The notes below the pieces were generated by a model. The model was not told the origin of the DNA. It saw only the letters and a program-made list of their open reading frames with translations, and made no database searches. From IMG/VR virus record IMGVR_UViG_3300047157_000129, positions 1 through 62,503 of that record: DNA of 62,503 nt; one strand, given 5' to 3'. Below, piece by piece: positions 32,501 to 41,349 of this stretch (position 1 is the first letter of the stretch; each line of letters starts with the position of its first letter). The position numbers and the translations under genes were made by a program. Origin of the DNA: a virus (Duplodnaviria > Caudoviricetes).

Positions 32501-33394
32501 CTGGAGTCTGCTGACAACAATAAAGGGGTAGCTACAACTAAAACATTCTATCTCCCTGTAGAGACTGAGAGACCGACTAACCCTATTGTTGGCGGTCCAC
32601 CAAGTGAAATCGGAGAGATTGAGCTGAAAGATGGTAAGGCCGAATGGTTCACACCTGTCACGGCTACAGAGACTGGGCCAACAGAGAAGATTGAGACCAC
32701 TGGTGTTAAACTGCGTGAGTCCGTTATCACTGATGAAGACGATGCGTTAAGTAGTATAGAACAATCAATCAGAGAACTTGATCCAAGCGGAAAGTCTTCT
32801 AAAGGATCAAAACTATTAGGCCCAGACGGCACTCCGATTGTCCAGCAGGATCCAGCCGCAACGGGTAAGACTGCTGGCGAATTGGGCTCGGAAGAAGTTA
32901 TCAGGCAGAACGTCACGCCAAAGCAGACAGAGCGCAACACTGTCACTAACGGCACCGACGCGGATCTTCCTGACCCAACTTCATCGTCGGAGAACACTCG
33001 ACTCAACAGAGAGTGGATCGATTTCATGAAGACGCCCAGCGGATACGGTCCAGCTATCATTGTGGGTGGCGGTACTCTTGGAGCTGGCTTGTTTGCTGCG
33101 CATCAGTACGCCACACGGAAACAAGGGGAAGAGCAAACTCCTCTTAATGAAACAAAGACTGGTCCATTATACCCAGAAGACAGACAAGAACCTATTAGTC
33201 CACCACCTGCTCCTGAGCCCGTAAGCAACATCAGGACTATGGTAAAACCACCGGCACCTGAGCCTGTGCCAGAACCAGCACCGAGAGTAGAACCAGCGCC
33301 GGATCCAATGTTCGATGCATTTGGCCCAGAGATTCGACGGCCAAACAAGCCTGTTCAAACCAATGATGCCAACAGATTTAAGGATGTATTTTAA
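26576..33394 (+). CDS. very large putative internal virion/ejection protein (2272 aa)
   Basis: Acidic, coiled-coil-rich; hydrophobic segment AIIVGGGTLGAGLFAA near the C-terminus; no catalytic motif recognised. Confidence 0.6.
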   Translation: MGFRARNKAQVAMYNQIANDIRRITDDTVKGPNFHPDQLPQRDFNMLLEATLDDLSPNAKKQYSKLPPEEQENLKADLYREVVFGEKPQIEGVPNAPDPNSKAGVTGDVQTDEPPEPQFGAPATKTNQAPAQVVGDTTDADGETVKQIADLPTDKPGSGISSSGVSTFPRDQKILDSTQELLDGGESLLDSIEEGTAVNPNQIRRDLSNFVSRLSDAREELKSTTMSASFEDAPRLQRAAELRKRIDQIEKRINDGAQGSVDLNAPDVSTNMDDVINVWADKVGDKIIEEDMSPGAQGLQDWAETESDLAMGGGGDKPPKEKYRVASGTSGDATNDSIIADSRIASPDEAIGENVELLGSPVLLEDGSGQSKSLFSFVPAGDDTRSLMPEGYQPARVFVLGDVVPHAVDPSKAIIKFGTDHYMPDAGGFRKLEPGEWNDIRGEYKREILATDRDASYAAASEAQDRLVEQNTNKGMLPNPLQGENKAINDRWNREAISEREVNQLGEVTEAGDPQATLFVYDTNRGGFVKTDPSVAEADKVPLQQRVYVRIRPQDATDVVDRSVIKESLKTSLGVLSDMLLTEVRKRHPALDASGLSPISRSSKPNSLETHRGASLGTAGANLDQGRAAAQDLANMLRAVGTPETRQLLEESNATNFLSGFKTRQDRGKDILSLFTDKDGTRSYATDAQGNAITDENGLPITISRQLTGDDPAVSGVNLPAGYLDTQRPKDLDLQDQEVVIRKVGEYLTVDEQIKQLEDLGQTDNQAYADLKLQKNTFELELAQLTDSKSHQDLIDNILDTLLYNNLKGSVDGTTKKRVDGSGAPTANSGYTVEGVPTGQIGPDGKPIMTTPAPSSVPESMRGFLVSEREGGASTVGDVFELRQRLERAADTSNNTGTGVRISDEDVKFLDVPSAPQAIAGAMRDRFDAVTSKSLQGSFFDEYKGLVNEGIQDVEALGQIGNTLMRNGFAPTENIILAAKAKRDRLARRLEEAQLKLRDDEAKNAIQVVGDLPISPETLDQDRRSIKELTEAFNESRRVLGEMLEAKKEFPQFSTADISEIEWPENAASIIRGLSPEDKEIIGEELASMFRRGESDTLGNAVTVPESVEELLELTDEIADYDPNRVLRDALDVARRNYAEANRGYEGGKSTQIAEARSRIQFIQDQMRKLKNGQELDPEFQQRIMPGARNSRTYDDPQFQASTQDRSSKLLRLFGEAFRERGVEMPAFADTNMGSRQGQVSTGMLERYQELQDDLDPKYIEQTKSVIARDEGPDRVEAVIQAKREELAQLEGKMMEAADGAEISKGELITQIEQQEDEFVSQSLTTLFARDGKITPQGEDALAILWNADPQRESLPDVDPLSAMNRIFQHLKDWGNNTNPLKLSRAEYQEGIVDLLTSSYMRTNLGAGTGAADVATTSNPANRFDTNAGMKQRNPGDPEVGDTTGGRLPTDGDNTAQQRSVDERRTDFNSANFANKYRQLAANRRRYRELLRDLEGADTQDRLRLDYSGSAMIRKGTEYNREWLQNRIANIDADLEAMMQEFEQVSGTNPRVAIQTQLEGAARQTNNPGLSNLDNTPGGGRTFTMDAWKDHLDRVRTAEPENTERAAALRNMTAILEGQQREQKAIRTPEETAGIVNRARREYGAVLNEDDFGKFEGMLNDLDALYENPPSTPPYEPRAKGTDIGAEDAEPEYTPTAQYADISILSYGNLPEVQKLQDKLDAIDAELETLPSTDIGKRDTLVNQRNRLQNEIAASVRPAGGNGTIYVSDPSARRIMSNVIDGNFAPGQLDVGSSSNQFINDYVGYSPDRIVAERQRILDELKNRDVIDGKTSAVDEGDVRSKDDINEPDAPEEVDTSLGSTDDEALDSEQGAAYLDKVSASGGGTEGTQLGSTALDAKITAIRRQITEQGGDDAAKATLGMYEEFRGRLEALEKVEKGAVGADNVVTPESINTQLVFVKRDGKDVPFLRVEAAVNLESADNNKGVATTKTFYLPVETERPTNPIVGGPPSEIGEIELKDGKAEWFTPVTATETGPTEKIETTGVKLRESVITDEDDALSSIEQSIRELDPSGKSSKGSKLLGPDGTPIVQQDPAATGKTAGELGSEEVIRQNVTPKQTERNTVTNGTDADLPDPTSSSENTRLNREWIDFMKTPSGYGPAIIVGGGTLGAGLFAAHQYATRKQGEEQTPLNETKTGPLYPEDRQEPISPPPAPEPVSNIRTMVKPPAPEPVPEPAPRVEPAPDPMFDAFGPEIRRPNKPVQTNDANRFKDVF

Positions 33395-36321
33395 TGCCTA
33401 TCCAAACAGTAGAAACACCAGCTGAAGCAGAAGCCCGCATTCGTCAGTTGAAAGAAGAGCAAGCAGCAGAGAAAGCAGCCCAAGAAGCATCTGCTCCAGC
33501 GTTTCCAATTTCTCCTATTCCTGACCTGAGGGGTGATCCAACCGTTGGCAGGAATCGACCTCCTGCCAGTGCGATGAATTACCCTGCAACGCCACCAAAT
33601 GTTATGGCGAAAGAAGCGTTGGACTTCGTTGAGCGCAGCCCTCTTGGAGTTGCAGCTGCTGAACGTCGAAAGGAAGACGAAAAACGCGCTAAAGAAAGTG
33701 AAGTTAATCTGTCTCCTGAATTTAGCGGCATGGATGCACAAGGCAAGAAGTCACTGCCAACTGCAGCGGATCGTATCCGTGAAATGAATATGCCAAGTGC
33801 TGCTGAGCAACCACAAGGTGGACTTCGATCCGATGGCATGGTGAATTTCAAAACGCCTAGTGGAACAAAGATGATTGGACAGCCCGGACCCATTACGTTT
33901 GCTAAGCCACCAGAAGGTGCGCCAACAGCTCAAGAGTCTGTACAGCAACAACTATCTGATATGACTCCAAGAGAACTGGAGTTTGCTAACGCGCAGAAGC
34001 AACCAGCGTTTGACGAAGACGGTGGACAGCTTCCTGCTTCGCAGTCAAAGGCTGACCCGAATGCACCTGAAGGAACTCCTTACGATCACCTCCAGAACTA
34101 CAATAAACCAAAGACTGCTTCATGGCGTCATTACCTCAATGCGCTTGAGTCTGGTGTAGGGTCTACCTACGGTGGGGAAAAAGTTGTAGACGAAAACGGA
34201 AAGGTTCACTACACGCCAACTGAAGAGGGTTATCAAGAGTTTGTCAATGACATGACAGGCGGCGATGAGACCGGATTTGCTGAGGAGCAATTCATTCCGC
34301 AGACTTCTCGTGGCGCTGCTGACCCTAAGAACAGTGGACAAACTAAGTCTGGCGCTGTTCGTGGTGAGAAGGTCGACCGTGCGGATGAGATAGCTCAAAG
34401 GCGTGGCGCTAGATCCGATGACGTCACTGAGGGTCTGTCTGGATTTACCGGCGGTAAGGTTGAGTTTAATCCAAAATACCTTTTTGCTGAAGAACGAGGC
34501 ATACCCATCGAAGATTCAAGCGAAGCGTGGGAAAAAGCAACACCTGCTGAAAAAGCGAAGTATAACGCTATGGCAGTTGCGTACAACGAAAACGCTGGCG
34601 AGCTACGTGATGAATCGTTTGCCTATCGTGCTCATCAGATGGGTAAGGACAATACCGATCAGTCGTCTGCGAACAAAGATGTTCGTAACATGGACAGGAT
34701 GACTGCTAGAGGCGACGATGAACGTGCTGAAGCAGAGGCTCGCTTCGAGGGCAAGAGCGGCATAGATGCCGAGAACACTGCCAATGAGCGTGGCGACCAT
34801 GTCATCGGCGGAATGGGTGGTGGTTATAAAAACCGCTTGAATCCCAATACTGGCGAATACGAAATGCAGAAGACAAATGCGAGAGAAGACCTTGATCATC
34901 AAAGAAGGCTTCGCACTATGCTCAGGACTGAGATGAACAATCATCCTACTCAGTTCCTTAATCGCGATGGTTCATTCAATGATGCAGCCGTTCAAGAATG
35001 GTGGGAAGCGCATGGCGGAACAGATAAGGTTCCGAGTGATTGGGTGAATGAAGGCCTGACAGATGACGAAGGCAATGAAATCAATACCGAAGGCCAGAAC
35101 ATTGCAGCAACTCCGTATGGCTCTCTCGGCATGGACACCAAGAGCAGGTTTGCTCATCGCATGAAAGACATGGCTCAGCGTAAGTCTCGCGTTCAAGACG
35201 TGGCGCTTGGTTACTCGCCAGCAGGTGCGAAGTACAACGCTGACATTCAAGACATGATCAACAATGGTGAGTGGGAACAGGCTGCTGCGCTTGCTGGTCG
35301 TGTTGGTGACGAGAAGACCTCTGAGTATTTACTACAGAAGAAGCTCTCTGAGAACAAGATTCTTGAGGCTGATGTTGCAAACAAACCAAAACCTGTCAAT
35401 CCCGGAGACCTGCCGGACACACCCCAAGAGACTTCGTTCAAAGGAATGATTGACTATCTTGCTGGTGGTGGTATGGCTGGATCGCCTGAGTTCAATCAGA
35501 TGGTCCAACAACATATTATGGCAGACATGGAGACGTTTGAGAACAGTATGTTGCAGAAGCAAATACCCACTTCATCTTCTGTTTATCAAGATGAGTTGGC
35601 TAACTTCCTGACAAAGGACGGATCGAAATTTAATCAGATGCTTAACACCATGTTTACGCAAGCTGATCCACAGCCTTATGAGCAGGGCTGGGTAGACAGA
35701 ATTTCCAACTGGATTTCAGGGGGTCAGGGTCTTAGCCCAGATCAGCTAGATGAAAACAGACTTCCAATGAAAGAGTTTATTAACAATATACTTGGTAGCA
35801 TTGGAATGAATGGTGCGGTTGAGAATCCAGCTCTTCGTCAGCATGTAGGCCGAATGTATTTGACTCGCATGGCTCATCGGTTCCCTGAGCTAATGAAGCT
35901 TAAGGAAGAGTATGAAGCAACTCATTCAGACAAATGGTCTGGTCAAGGTTTTATTATGGACGAGCAACCTTCAGGGCCAGCTGAGTCAGGTGAGCAGAAA
36001 GGTTCGGAAGCTTCTGCACCGCCTCCACCAGCTGCCGAACAAAAACCAGCTGCCGAACAAGAAGAGGCTCCACCTCAGCAAGAGGAAGGCATTCCTCCTT
36101 CGTCTGAGGGTGGCCCGAAAGTTGGCGAGAAAGGTCGGGATTGGCACAAACGTGAACCAAAAAAATCAGGAAGCGAGTCAGTTCAAGGTATACGCGATCG
36201 TATTAAAGAACGAAATGCAAGCAAGCCCGGATCACGACGTAGAAGCCAGAACAAACCAACAAAGGAAACGGTTCCGGCGAAACTAAAACCTGAATTACCT
36301 AATCCTTCTCTTTGGGAATAA
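33394..36321 (+). CDS. putative internal virion/ejection protein (975 aa)
   Basis: Position and low-complexity composition. Confidence 0.55.
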   Translation: MPIQTVETPAEAEARIRQLKEEQAAEKAAQEASAPAFPISPIPDLRGDPTVGRNRPPASAMNYPATPPNVMAKEALDFVERSPLGVAAAERRKEDEKRAKESEVNLSPEFSGMDAQGKKSLPTAADRIREMNMPSAAEQPQGGLRSDGMVNFKTPSGTKMIGQPGPITFAKPPEGAPTAQESVQQQLSDMTPRELEFANAQKQPAFDEDGGQLPASQSKADPNAPEGTPYDHLQNYNKPKTASWRHYLNALESGVGSTYGGEKVVDENGKVHYTPTEEGYQEFVNDMTGGDETGFAEEQFIPQTSRGAADPKNSGQTKSGAVRGEKVDRADEIAQRRGARSDDVTEGLSGFTGGKVEFNPKYLFAEERGIPIEDSSEAWEKATPAEKAKYNAMAVAYNENAGELRDESFAYRAHQMGKDNTDQSSANKDVRNMDRMTARGDDERAEAEARFEGKSGIDAENTANERGDHVIGGMGGGYKNRLNPNTGEYEMQKTNAREDLDHQRRLRTMLRTEMNNHPTQFLNRDGSFNDAAVQEWWEAHGGTDKVPSDWVNEGLTDDEGNEINTEGQNIAATPYGSLGMDTKSRFAHRMKDMAQRKSRVQDVALGYSPAGAKYNADIQDMINNGEWEQAAALAGRVGDEKTSEYLLQKKLSENKILEADVANKPKPVNPGDLPDTPQETSFKGMIDYLAGGGMAGSPEFNQMVQQHIMADMETFENSMLQKQIPTSSSVYQDELANFLTKDGSKFNQMLNTMFTQADPQPYEQGWVDRISNWISGGQGLSPDQLDENRLPMKEFINNILGSIGMNGAVENPALRQHVGRMYLTRMAHRFPELMKLKEEYEATHSDKWSGQGFIMDEQPSGPAESGEQKGSEASAPPPPAAEQKPAAEQEEAPPQQEEGIPPSSEGGPKVGEKGRDWHKREPKKSGSESVQGIRDRIKERNASKPGSRRRSQNKPTKETVPAKLKPELPNPSLWE

Positions 36322-36324
36322 CTA

Positions 36325-39300
36325 ATGGCTTCGCTACCTCAGTCGCCAGAAACTGTGTTGCAGAACATTGGGACAGGCACAGCTTCTGCGGCTGTTGGCC
36401 TGCTGAATGCTATCAACTATCCCCAGCAGATGATGTTCAAAAGCATGCTGGGTGCTACCAAGTACAATCGCTTGGTAGACGACAAAGGGTATGCAAACTT
36501 TCGTGATGTTCTGCGCGATCAAGGCGTCGTTGGCAGTAAGAACACATGGGGGAATGCTCTTGGGACTGCGCCTCTAGATTTCTTTATTGACCCTGTTAAT
36601 GCTACTGGTATTGGTCTTCTCGGAAAAGGAGTTGGTGCGTTATCAAAAGCTGGTCGGGTAGCTTCAAAAGCTGGGCTGGCTGGTCACACGCTTGGTCGCA
36701 CCCTGACTAAAGCGGCTCAGCTTGGCGCTGACATAAATCCAAAGCTAGTTGATCAGGCGTCTGAGGGTGCTGCTAAGATTGGCAAGACGTTGGATAATGT
36801 TGCTGATGCTGACATCTTTGGTCGTACGCCTCTGCGACCTAGACAGACAGCGCGTACAGCTACGCTTACTGACGTACTTAAAGCAGCAGATGCTGGTGTA
36901 GATGTCCGTAACGTTGACATGATACGAAAGGCAGTTGAAGACAACCCAAGACTTCTTAATCAAACACTGAACCGAGACTTGAGTTTTGGTACACCGAACT
37001 ACAACTTTGGGTTTAATGTGCCGGGTGGTGAGACGTTAGCGCGTGGTGCTGACAGCCTGATCGAAAGCGCAAAGTTCAGCTATCCGGGACGTGCCGTTCA
37101 GTCTGTAATGAACAAGAACTTAGACAACGTTCCCACGACCAATGCTGAGACACAGCGTCTTGTGTCTGGTACACGCATGCTACAGGAGCAGGCTGGCGAG
37201 ACAGCGGCGCAACGTGCAGGGCTCAAAGCTGCCAGCTTATACGGAGATGATGCAGCACAGCAGATTTTTTCTCCTACAGGAAATAGAGTACTGGCCGACG
37301 CAATAGAGAAGCCAGTTGCTCCGCTTGAGTCAGTAGCCACACCATTAACTGAAAACAAAGCTGTTCAGGACTACGCTGATTGGTGGTCCAAAGAAGCTTC
37401 TAACGAACTAACTGAATCCAAGAAGCTGGGCCTACAGGCAGAGACATTAGACGATCCAAATCTTGGTGGATACCTGCCACGTACCCTGAGTCCACTCATA
37501 GAAGAATACTCAAAGGCTGGGTCATCTGGAGGCAAGGCGCTAAGCACGATGACGGGCGACATGTTTGCACGTGCTGAAGCATTAAAGATGCCGGGTGGTC
37601 GTAACCGAATTACGTTTGACTTGGCATCTGATAACCGTCTTGTTGGACCCAAGCGTCTGCTTAAAAACGACGAAGAAGCAGCGGACCTAATTGGTGAGAA
37701 GGTATACGGTAACGCTAAGGCTCAGCGCAGGAAGACAAGAGAGTTGGCTTCACTGCTGCATCGACTGCCAGATGAATCACTTAGTCAACAGCCGCTGTTT
37801 GGTCAGCATCCAACTGAATCAATTACGAAGTATATGACCAACAGGGCGAAGGCAAGGGCTGGCGCTCAGTCACAGATTGACATACTGGGTACACGTGCTG
37901 CACAGGGTACTCAAGATGGCGCTCCAACAATCTCAGCATCTAGCGCACTGAAGACACTGGGCCTGCAAACTGAGCGTGGATACGGTGCTGGCGACATGTT
38001 GCGGAATGTAATAGCTAGACAGGCTGGCGCACGTGCAGATGACATCAGGCTTTCCGAATGGTTTGTACCTGAGAGCATTCTTGGTTCATTGACTACTGGC
38101 AAGGAAGTGAAGACTCAGGGAGAGTTGGGTCAGATTGCATCGTGGTGGCAGTCAACGTGGCGTAACGCAATTCTCAACTGGCCTAGTCGATATGTTCGTG
38201 ATCTCATGGGCGGTATGTATTCCAATCACATGGAAGGCGCACTGACTATACGTGGTCTTGATCTTGCTACAAAGATCATGCGTGATGGTGCTCATGCTCA
38301 TGGCACAGAGCTAGCGTCGATGCCATTCTACAAAGGAAAGAGTTCGCTAGAGGCTGCGTCATCGTTCTATGCTGATCTAATGTCAACAGACTTGATAAGT
38401 ACAGGCTCAAGACTAGACAAAGGTCTTGCTGGTCAAGCTGTATCTGATTTGTTTCCCGGCTCAACTGCACCGGGTAGCGGACCTCTATCTCAAATGGCAT
38501 CTGAATACGGAAAGTCTTTGAGTAACATATCTGGAATCTTTGACCCTAACTCACAGTTCGCTATATCTGGCGCAAAGGTTGGTGATATCAGTGACCAGTT
38601 CAATAGGCTGTCTGGTTACTCTGAGTTGATGTATCAGGGTTACGCTCCGCAGGAAGCGGCAGTCAGAATGAAACGAACGCACGTAGACTATTCAAGTCTT
38701 TCCGAGACTGAGCAGCGCATACGTTCTACGGCTGTACCATTTTATACATTTATGACGCGGATGCTTGGCGAGCAGGCTAGAAGGATCTTGGAAGAACCCG
38801 GCAAAATGAGCAGAACACTTAAAGCTGTGACGTATCCACAGCGTTCTGAAGAAGACAGAGCCATCATGCCGGATTACGTCAACGAAAAGTTTGGATTTAA
38901 CATTGGCACCGATGACAAGACTGGCGCTAAGAGTTACTTGTACAACATTGACATGCCGGGACTAGAGCAGATTCCATTACTTACGGACTTGGCTCAAGGT
39001 AACGTAGGCGCCGTAACCGATCAGGCGGCTGGCATGCTTAATCCTGTCCTGAAGATGGGAGCAGAGAACCTTACTGGATCACAAGCCGGATTCATGAAGG
39101 GCCAGCCTCTAGAACAGCGGCGAGGAAATCTCTCACGCATACTCCAAGAGAAATATCCATCTCGTCCGGTGCAATATCTAGACAGAGCGCTAGAGATGTT
39201 GCCGGGTGCATCACGTGTGACCAACACAGCGGCCAAGTTAGTGCGTAACGCTGGCGAAGTACCGATAGGACAGAGACTCCTTGACGCTGCGGTCAGTGAA

Positions 39301-39552
39301 ACCACAGGACTCAAGCGACAAACGTACACGATTGATGATCAGCTGTGGGCTGCACAGAATGCACAGCTAAACAGGGTTAAGAACTCTGGGGCTCCAATGA
39401 CCAACTTCAATATCACTGCTGTTCCAAAGGCGATGGAGCCATATCTTACGCCACAGCAGGCACGTGAGAACGACAAGCTGAAAGACATTAAACGAACCAT
39501 GACATTCCGGCGTAAACAGGAACGTCAGTCGATGAATCTTAACGAGCAATAA
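36325..39552 (+). CDS. internal virion/ejection protein (1075 aa)
   Basis: Gly/Ala-rich amphipathic N-terminus (FFIDPVNATGIG); C-terminal VDYSSLSETE..R..VPFYTF and LNPVLK..ENLTG motifs common in podovirus ejection proteins. Confidence 0.7.
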   Translation: MASLPQSPETVLQNIGTGTASAAVGLLNAINYPQQMMFKSMLGATKYNRLVDDKGYANFRDVLRDQGVVGSKNTWGNALGTAPLDFFIDPVNATGIGLLGKGVGALSKAGRVASKAGLAGHTLGRTLTKAAQLGADINPKLVDQASEGAAKIGKTLDNVADADIFGRTPLRPRQTARTATLTDVLKAADAGVDVRNVDMIRKAVEDNPRLLNQTLNRDLSFGTPNYNFGFNVPGGETLARGADSLIESAKFSYPGRAVQSVMNKNLDNVPTTNAETQRLVSGTRMLQEQAGETAAQRAGLKAASLYGDDAAQQIFSPTGNRVLADAIEKPVAPLESVATPLTENKAVQDYADWWSKEASNELTESKKLGLQAETLDDPNLGGYLPRTLSPLIEEYSKAGSSGGKALSTMTGDMFARAEALKMPGGRNRITFDLASDNRLVGPKRLLKNDEEAADLIGEKVYGNAKAQRRKTRELASLLHRLPDESLSQQPLFGQHPTESITKYMTNRAKARAGAQSQIDILGTRAAQGTQDGAPTISASSALKTLGLQTERGYGAGDMLRNVIARQAGARADDIRLSEWFVPESILGSLTTGKEVKTQGELGQIASWWQSTWRNAILNWPSRYVRDLMGGMYSNHMEGALTIRGLDLATKIMRDGAHAHGTELASMPFYKGKSSLEAASSFYADLMSTDLISTGSRLDKGLAGQAVSDLFPGSTAPGSGPLSQMASEYGKSLSNISGIFDPNSQFAISGAKVGDISDQFNRLSGYSELMYQGYAPQEAAVRMKRTHVDYSSLSETEQRIRSTAVPFYTFMTRMLGEQARRILEEPGKMSRTLKAVTYPQRSEEDRAIMPDYVNEKFGFNIGTDDKTGAKSYLYNIDMPGLEQIPLLTDLAQGNVGAVTDQAAGMLNPVLKMGAENLTGSQAGFMKGQPLEQRRGNLSRILQEKYPSRPVQYLDRALEMLPGASRVTNTAAKLVRNAGEVPIGQRLLDAAVSETTGLKRQTYTIDDQLWAAQNAQLNRVKNSGAPMTNFNITAVPKAMEPYLTPQQARENDKLKDIKRTMTFRRKQERQSMNLNEQ

Positions 39553-39561
39553 TTTTTTTGC

Positions 39562-39589
39562 TTGACAAGACTTGAATGTGCAGTATACT
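39562..39589 (+). promoter_or_regulatory. sigma70 promoter TTGACA-N16-TATACT for the DNA-metabolism operon
   Basis: Consensus -35, near-consensus -10, T-tract upstream. Confidence 0.8.
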
Positions 39590-39615
39590 GCCTCCCAACG
39601 GAAATGGAGGTCTGC

Positions 39616-40452
39616 ATGTTTGACGTGTCACTATCAGAAGTGCGTTTTGGTTTAGACATAGAAACGTATCACTCTTTGAAGTCTGTCAGTTCATCGAGAG
39701 AACGGGACTATCACCGCAGCAAAGAGCTGTATTACGGGCGTTATATCTCTGGTTCAATACCGCCCTTCAGTTCTGCAAATACAGGCGTTGGTGATGACTC
39801 TCACACCTGTCTTGAAACGCGCAGCATGAATCACTTGGTGCGTGCTCCGAAGGATAAGCTTACTAAGACTGGACGCATTGGCAATGAGGCTAAAGCGTGG
39901 GCCGAAGAGCAGAAGCTAGAAGGTAAGCTGGTTAGCGATACGTACTACGAGCAGATCAACTCTATCTGGTCTGCGGTACAGCAATGCTCGGAGGCTATGG
40001 AGTACGTTAATGGCGCATTATACAACGAGATCAGTTACTTCTTCAAGGTAGGCGAGTTGGAGTGTAGGGCTCGGGCTGACATTGAGGACGAGTCTGGTTT
40101 GTTTGTTGATCTGAAGACTACTAGCTGCACCAATATTGATCGGGACTTTGCAAAGTCTGTGCATGAATTTGGATATGGTAGGCAGCAGGCTTTCTATGAG
40201 TTAGCACAAGATGCAAGGGGGGATGGGCGTGAGGTTGGCATGGTGTTCATTGTTGTTCAGACAGTGATACCGTACCAATGTCGCGTCCTTACTTTGCCAC
40301 GAGAATATGTGGATCTCTGCAAGGAGTCAGTCTTAAAGAATCTAATTGAGATTGAAATGTACAACACAATCGGATGGAACCTGAAACCGGCACAGGTCCA
40401 GCGAGAACTTTCGTTGCCGGAATGGATGTATGGAGCATTGAAAAATGACTAA
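39616..40452 (+). CDS. RecE/ExoVIII-like PD-(D/E)XK exonuclease (DUF3799-like)
   Basis: YH...VSSS, CRARADI, VDLKTT, GY..Q.AFY motifs; start moved to ATG 39616 behind GGAGG. Confidence 0.85.
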   Translation: MFDVSLSEVRFGLDIETYHSLKSVSSSRERDYHRSKELYYGRYISGSIPPFSSANTGVGDDSHTCLETRSMNHLVRAPKDKLTKTGRIGNEAKAWAEEQKLEGKLVSDTYYEQINSIWSAVQQCSEAMEYVNGALYNEISYFFKVGELECRARADIEDESGLFVDLKTTSCTNIDRDFAKSVHEFGYGRQQAFYELAQDARGDGREVGMVFIVVQTVIPYQCRVLTLPREYVDLCKESVLKNLIEIEMYNTIGWNLKPAQVQRELSLPEWMYGALKND

Positions 40453-41044
40453 TTGTAATGACAGGAGTGCAAGTACCCAGAACCTTGAAGCAGCTATGCT
40501 GAAGATTCAGGGGGATGTTGTAGACCCAGCGCCCAACAGGAAGTCGCATTTCGCCCGTAAGGGGGAGAATGACTACGCTGACCTGCAGGCCATCTTGAAG
40601 CTGTTACGGCCCTTATGCGCCAAATATGGGATCAAGCACGGCATTAAGACAGGCAGCAGGGGTGAGGACTGGGTAATCTACCTAGCCCTGAGCCACCCAG
40701 AATCAGGCGAATGGGACAACACAAACACGTTGCCGTATAACCCACGCCTGAAACCAATGGAAAGAATGTCTGAGAAGACGTACGCCTCACGGCAGTTGTA
40801 CTCTCAAGAATTTGGGATTTGTGTTGACCGTGATGACGATGGTCACATGGCACAGCAGGGTACAATAGCTGACGCTGGGGTGCGGCAAGCAAAGGCCAAA
40901 GAGTTTCTGAAGTCTGAGTGGTTAAACTGCAAGACAGAAGAGCAACGTGCCAAGTTTGCAATCGGTGCCAGTAAAACAGTCAAGTCCGGACTCGTGACAC
41001 AGGAGTTTGTCACTGAGCTGATGGAAGCTAACGTCTCCGCTTGA
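40445..41044 (+). CDS. ERF-family ssDNA-annealing protein
   Basis: YADL..IL, HPESGEW, TYASRQ, DDDG motifs. Confidence 0.8.
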   Translation: MTNCNDRSASTQNLEAAMLKIQGDVVDPAPNRKSHFARKGENDYADLQAILKLLRPLCAKYGIKHGIKTGSRGEDWVIYLALSHPESGEWDNTNTLPYNPRLKPMERMSEKTYASRQLYSQEFGICVDRDDDGHMAQQGTIADAGVRQAKAKEFLKSEWLNCKTEEQRAKFAIGASKTVKSGLVTQEFVTELMEANVSA

Positions 41045-41092
41045 GTGTGATCAGGCATCCGTGCGGCGCTGGGCTCGTCGTTATTCACACAT

Positions 41093-41121
41093 AGCCCATT
41101 TTTTTCTTTTCAAGGACATAA
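41093..41121 (+). promoter_or_regulatory. putative phage-specific promoter AGCCCA-N16-GACATAA (copy 3)
   Basis: Intergenic; ends 9 nt before ATG 41131; shares ACTGCCATG with copy 1. Confidence 0.65.
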
Positions 41122-41130
41122 GTAACTGCC

Positions 41131-41349
41131 ATGCAAGATAACAAACTAATTGAGGATGCTCGCTCGCTGACAACTGTCATAGCATCCGGGACAGTCGACC
41201 TGTCTTACGAGCAGATTAGAGGTTCATTTCTCAAGGTGGTGCCAGCACTCATAGCTGAAGTTGAAATACTAAATGCTATGAAGGAACTGAAGCTGGAACT
41301 GAAGAAGCCACGAAAGCCACGCCGCAAGAAGGCGGTGAAGAAGAAATGA
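41131..41349 (+). CDS. hypothetical protein with basic tail
   Basis: ORF coupled to the helicase. Confidence 0.65.
   Translation: MQDNKLIEDARSLTTVIASGTVDLSYEQIRGSFLKVVPALIAEVEILNAMKELKLELKKPRKPRRKKAVKKK

Noticed and set aside
26576-33394. Virion RNA polymerase call
   Set aside because: No convincing catalytic motif; kept only as a question
41045-41090. Small stem-loop GTGTGA/TCACAC after the ERF-like gene
   Set aside because: Short and weak; cannot be distinguished from chance or a simple mRNA end structure
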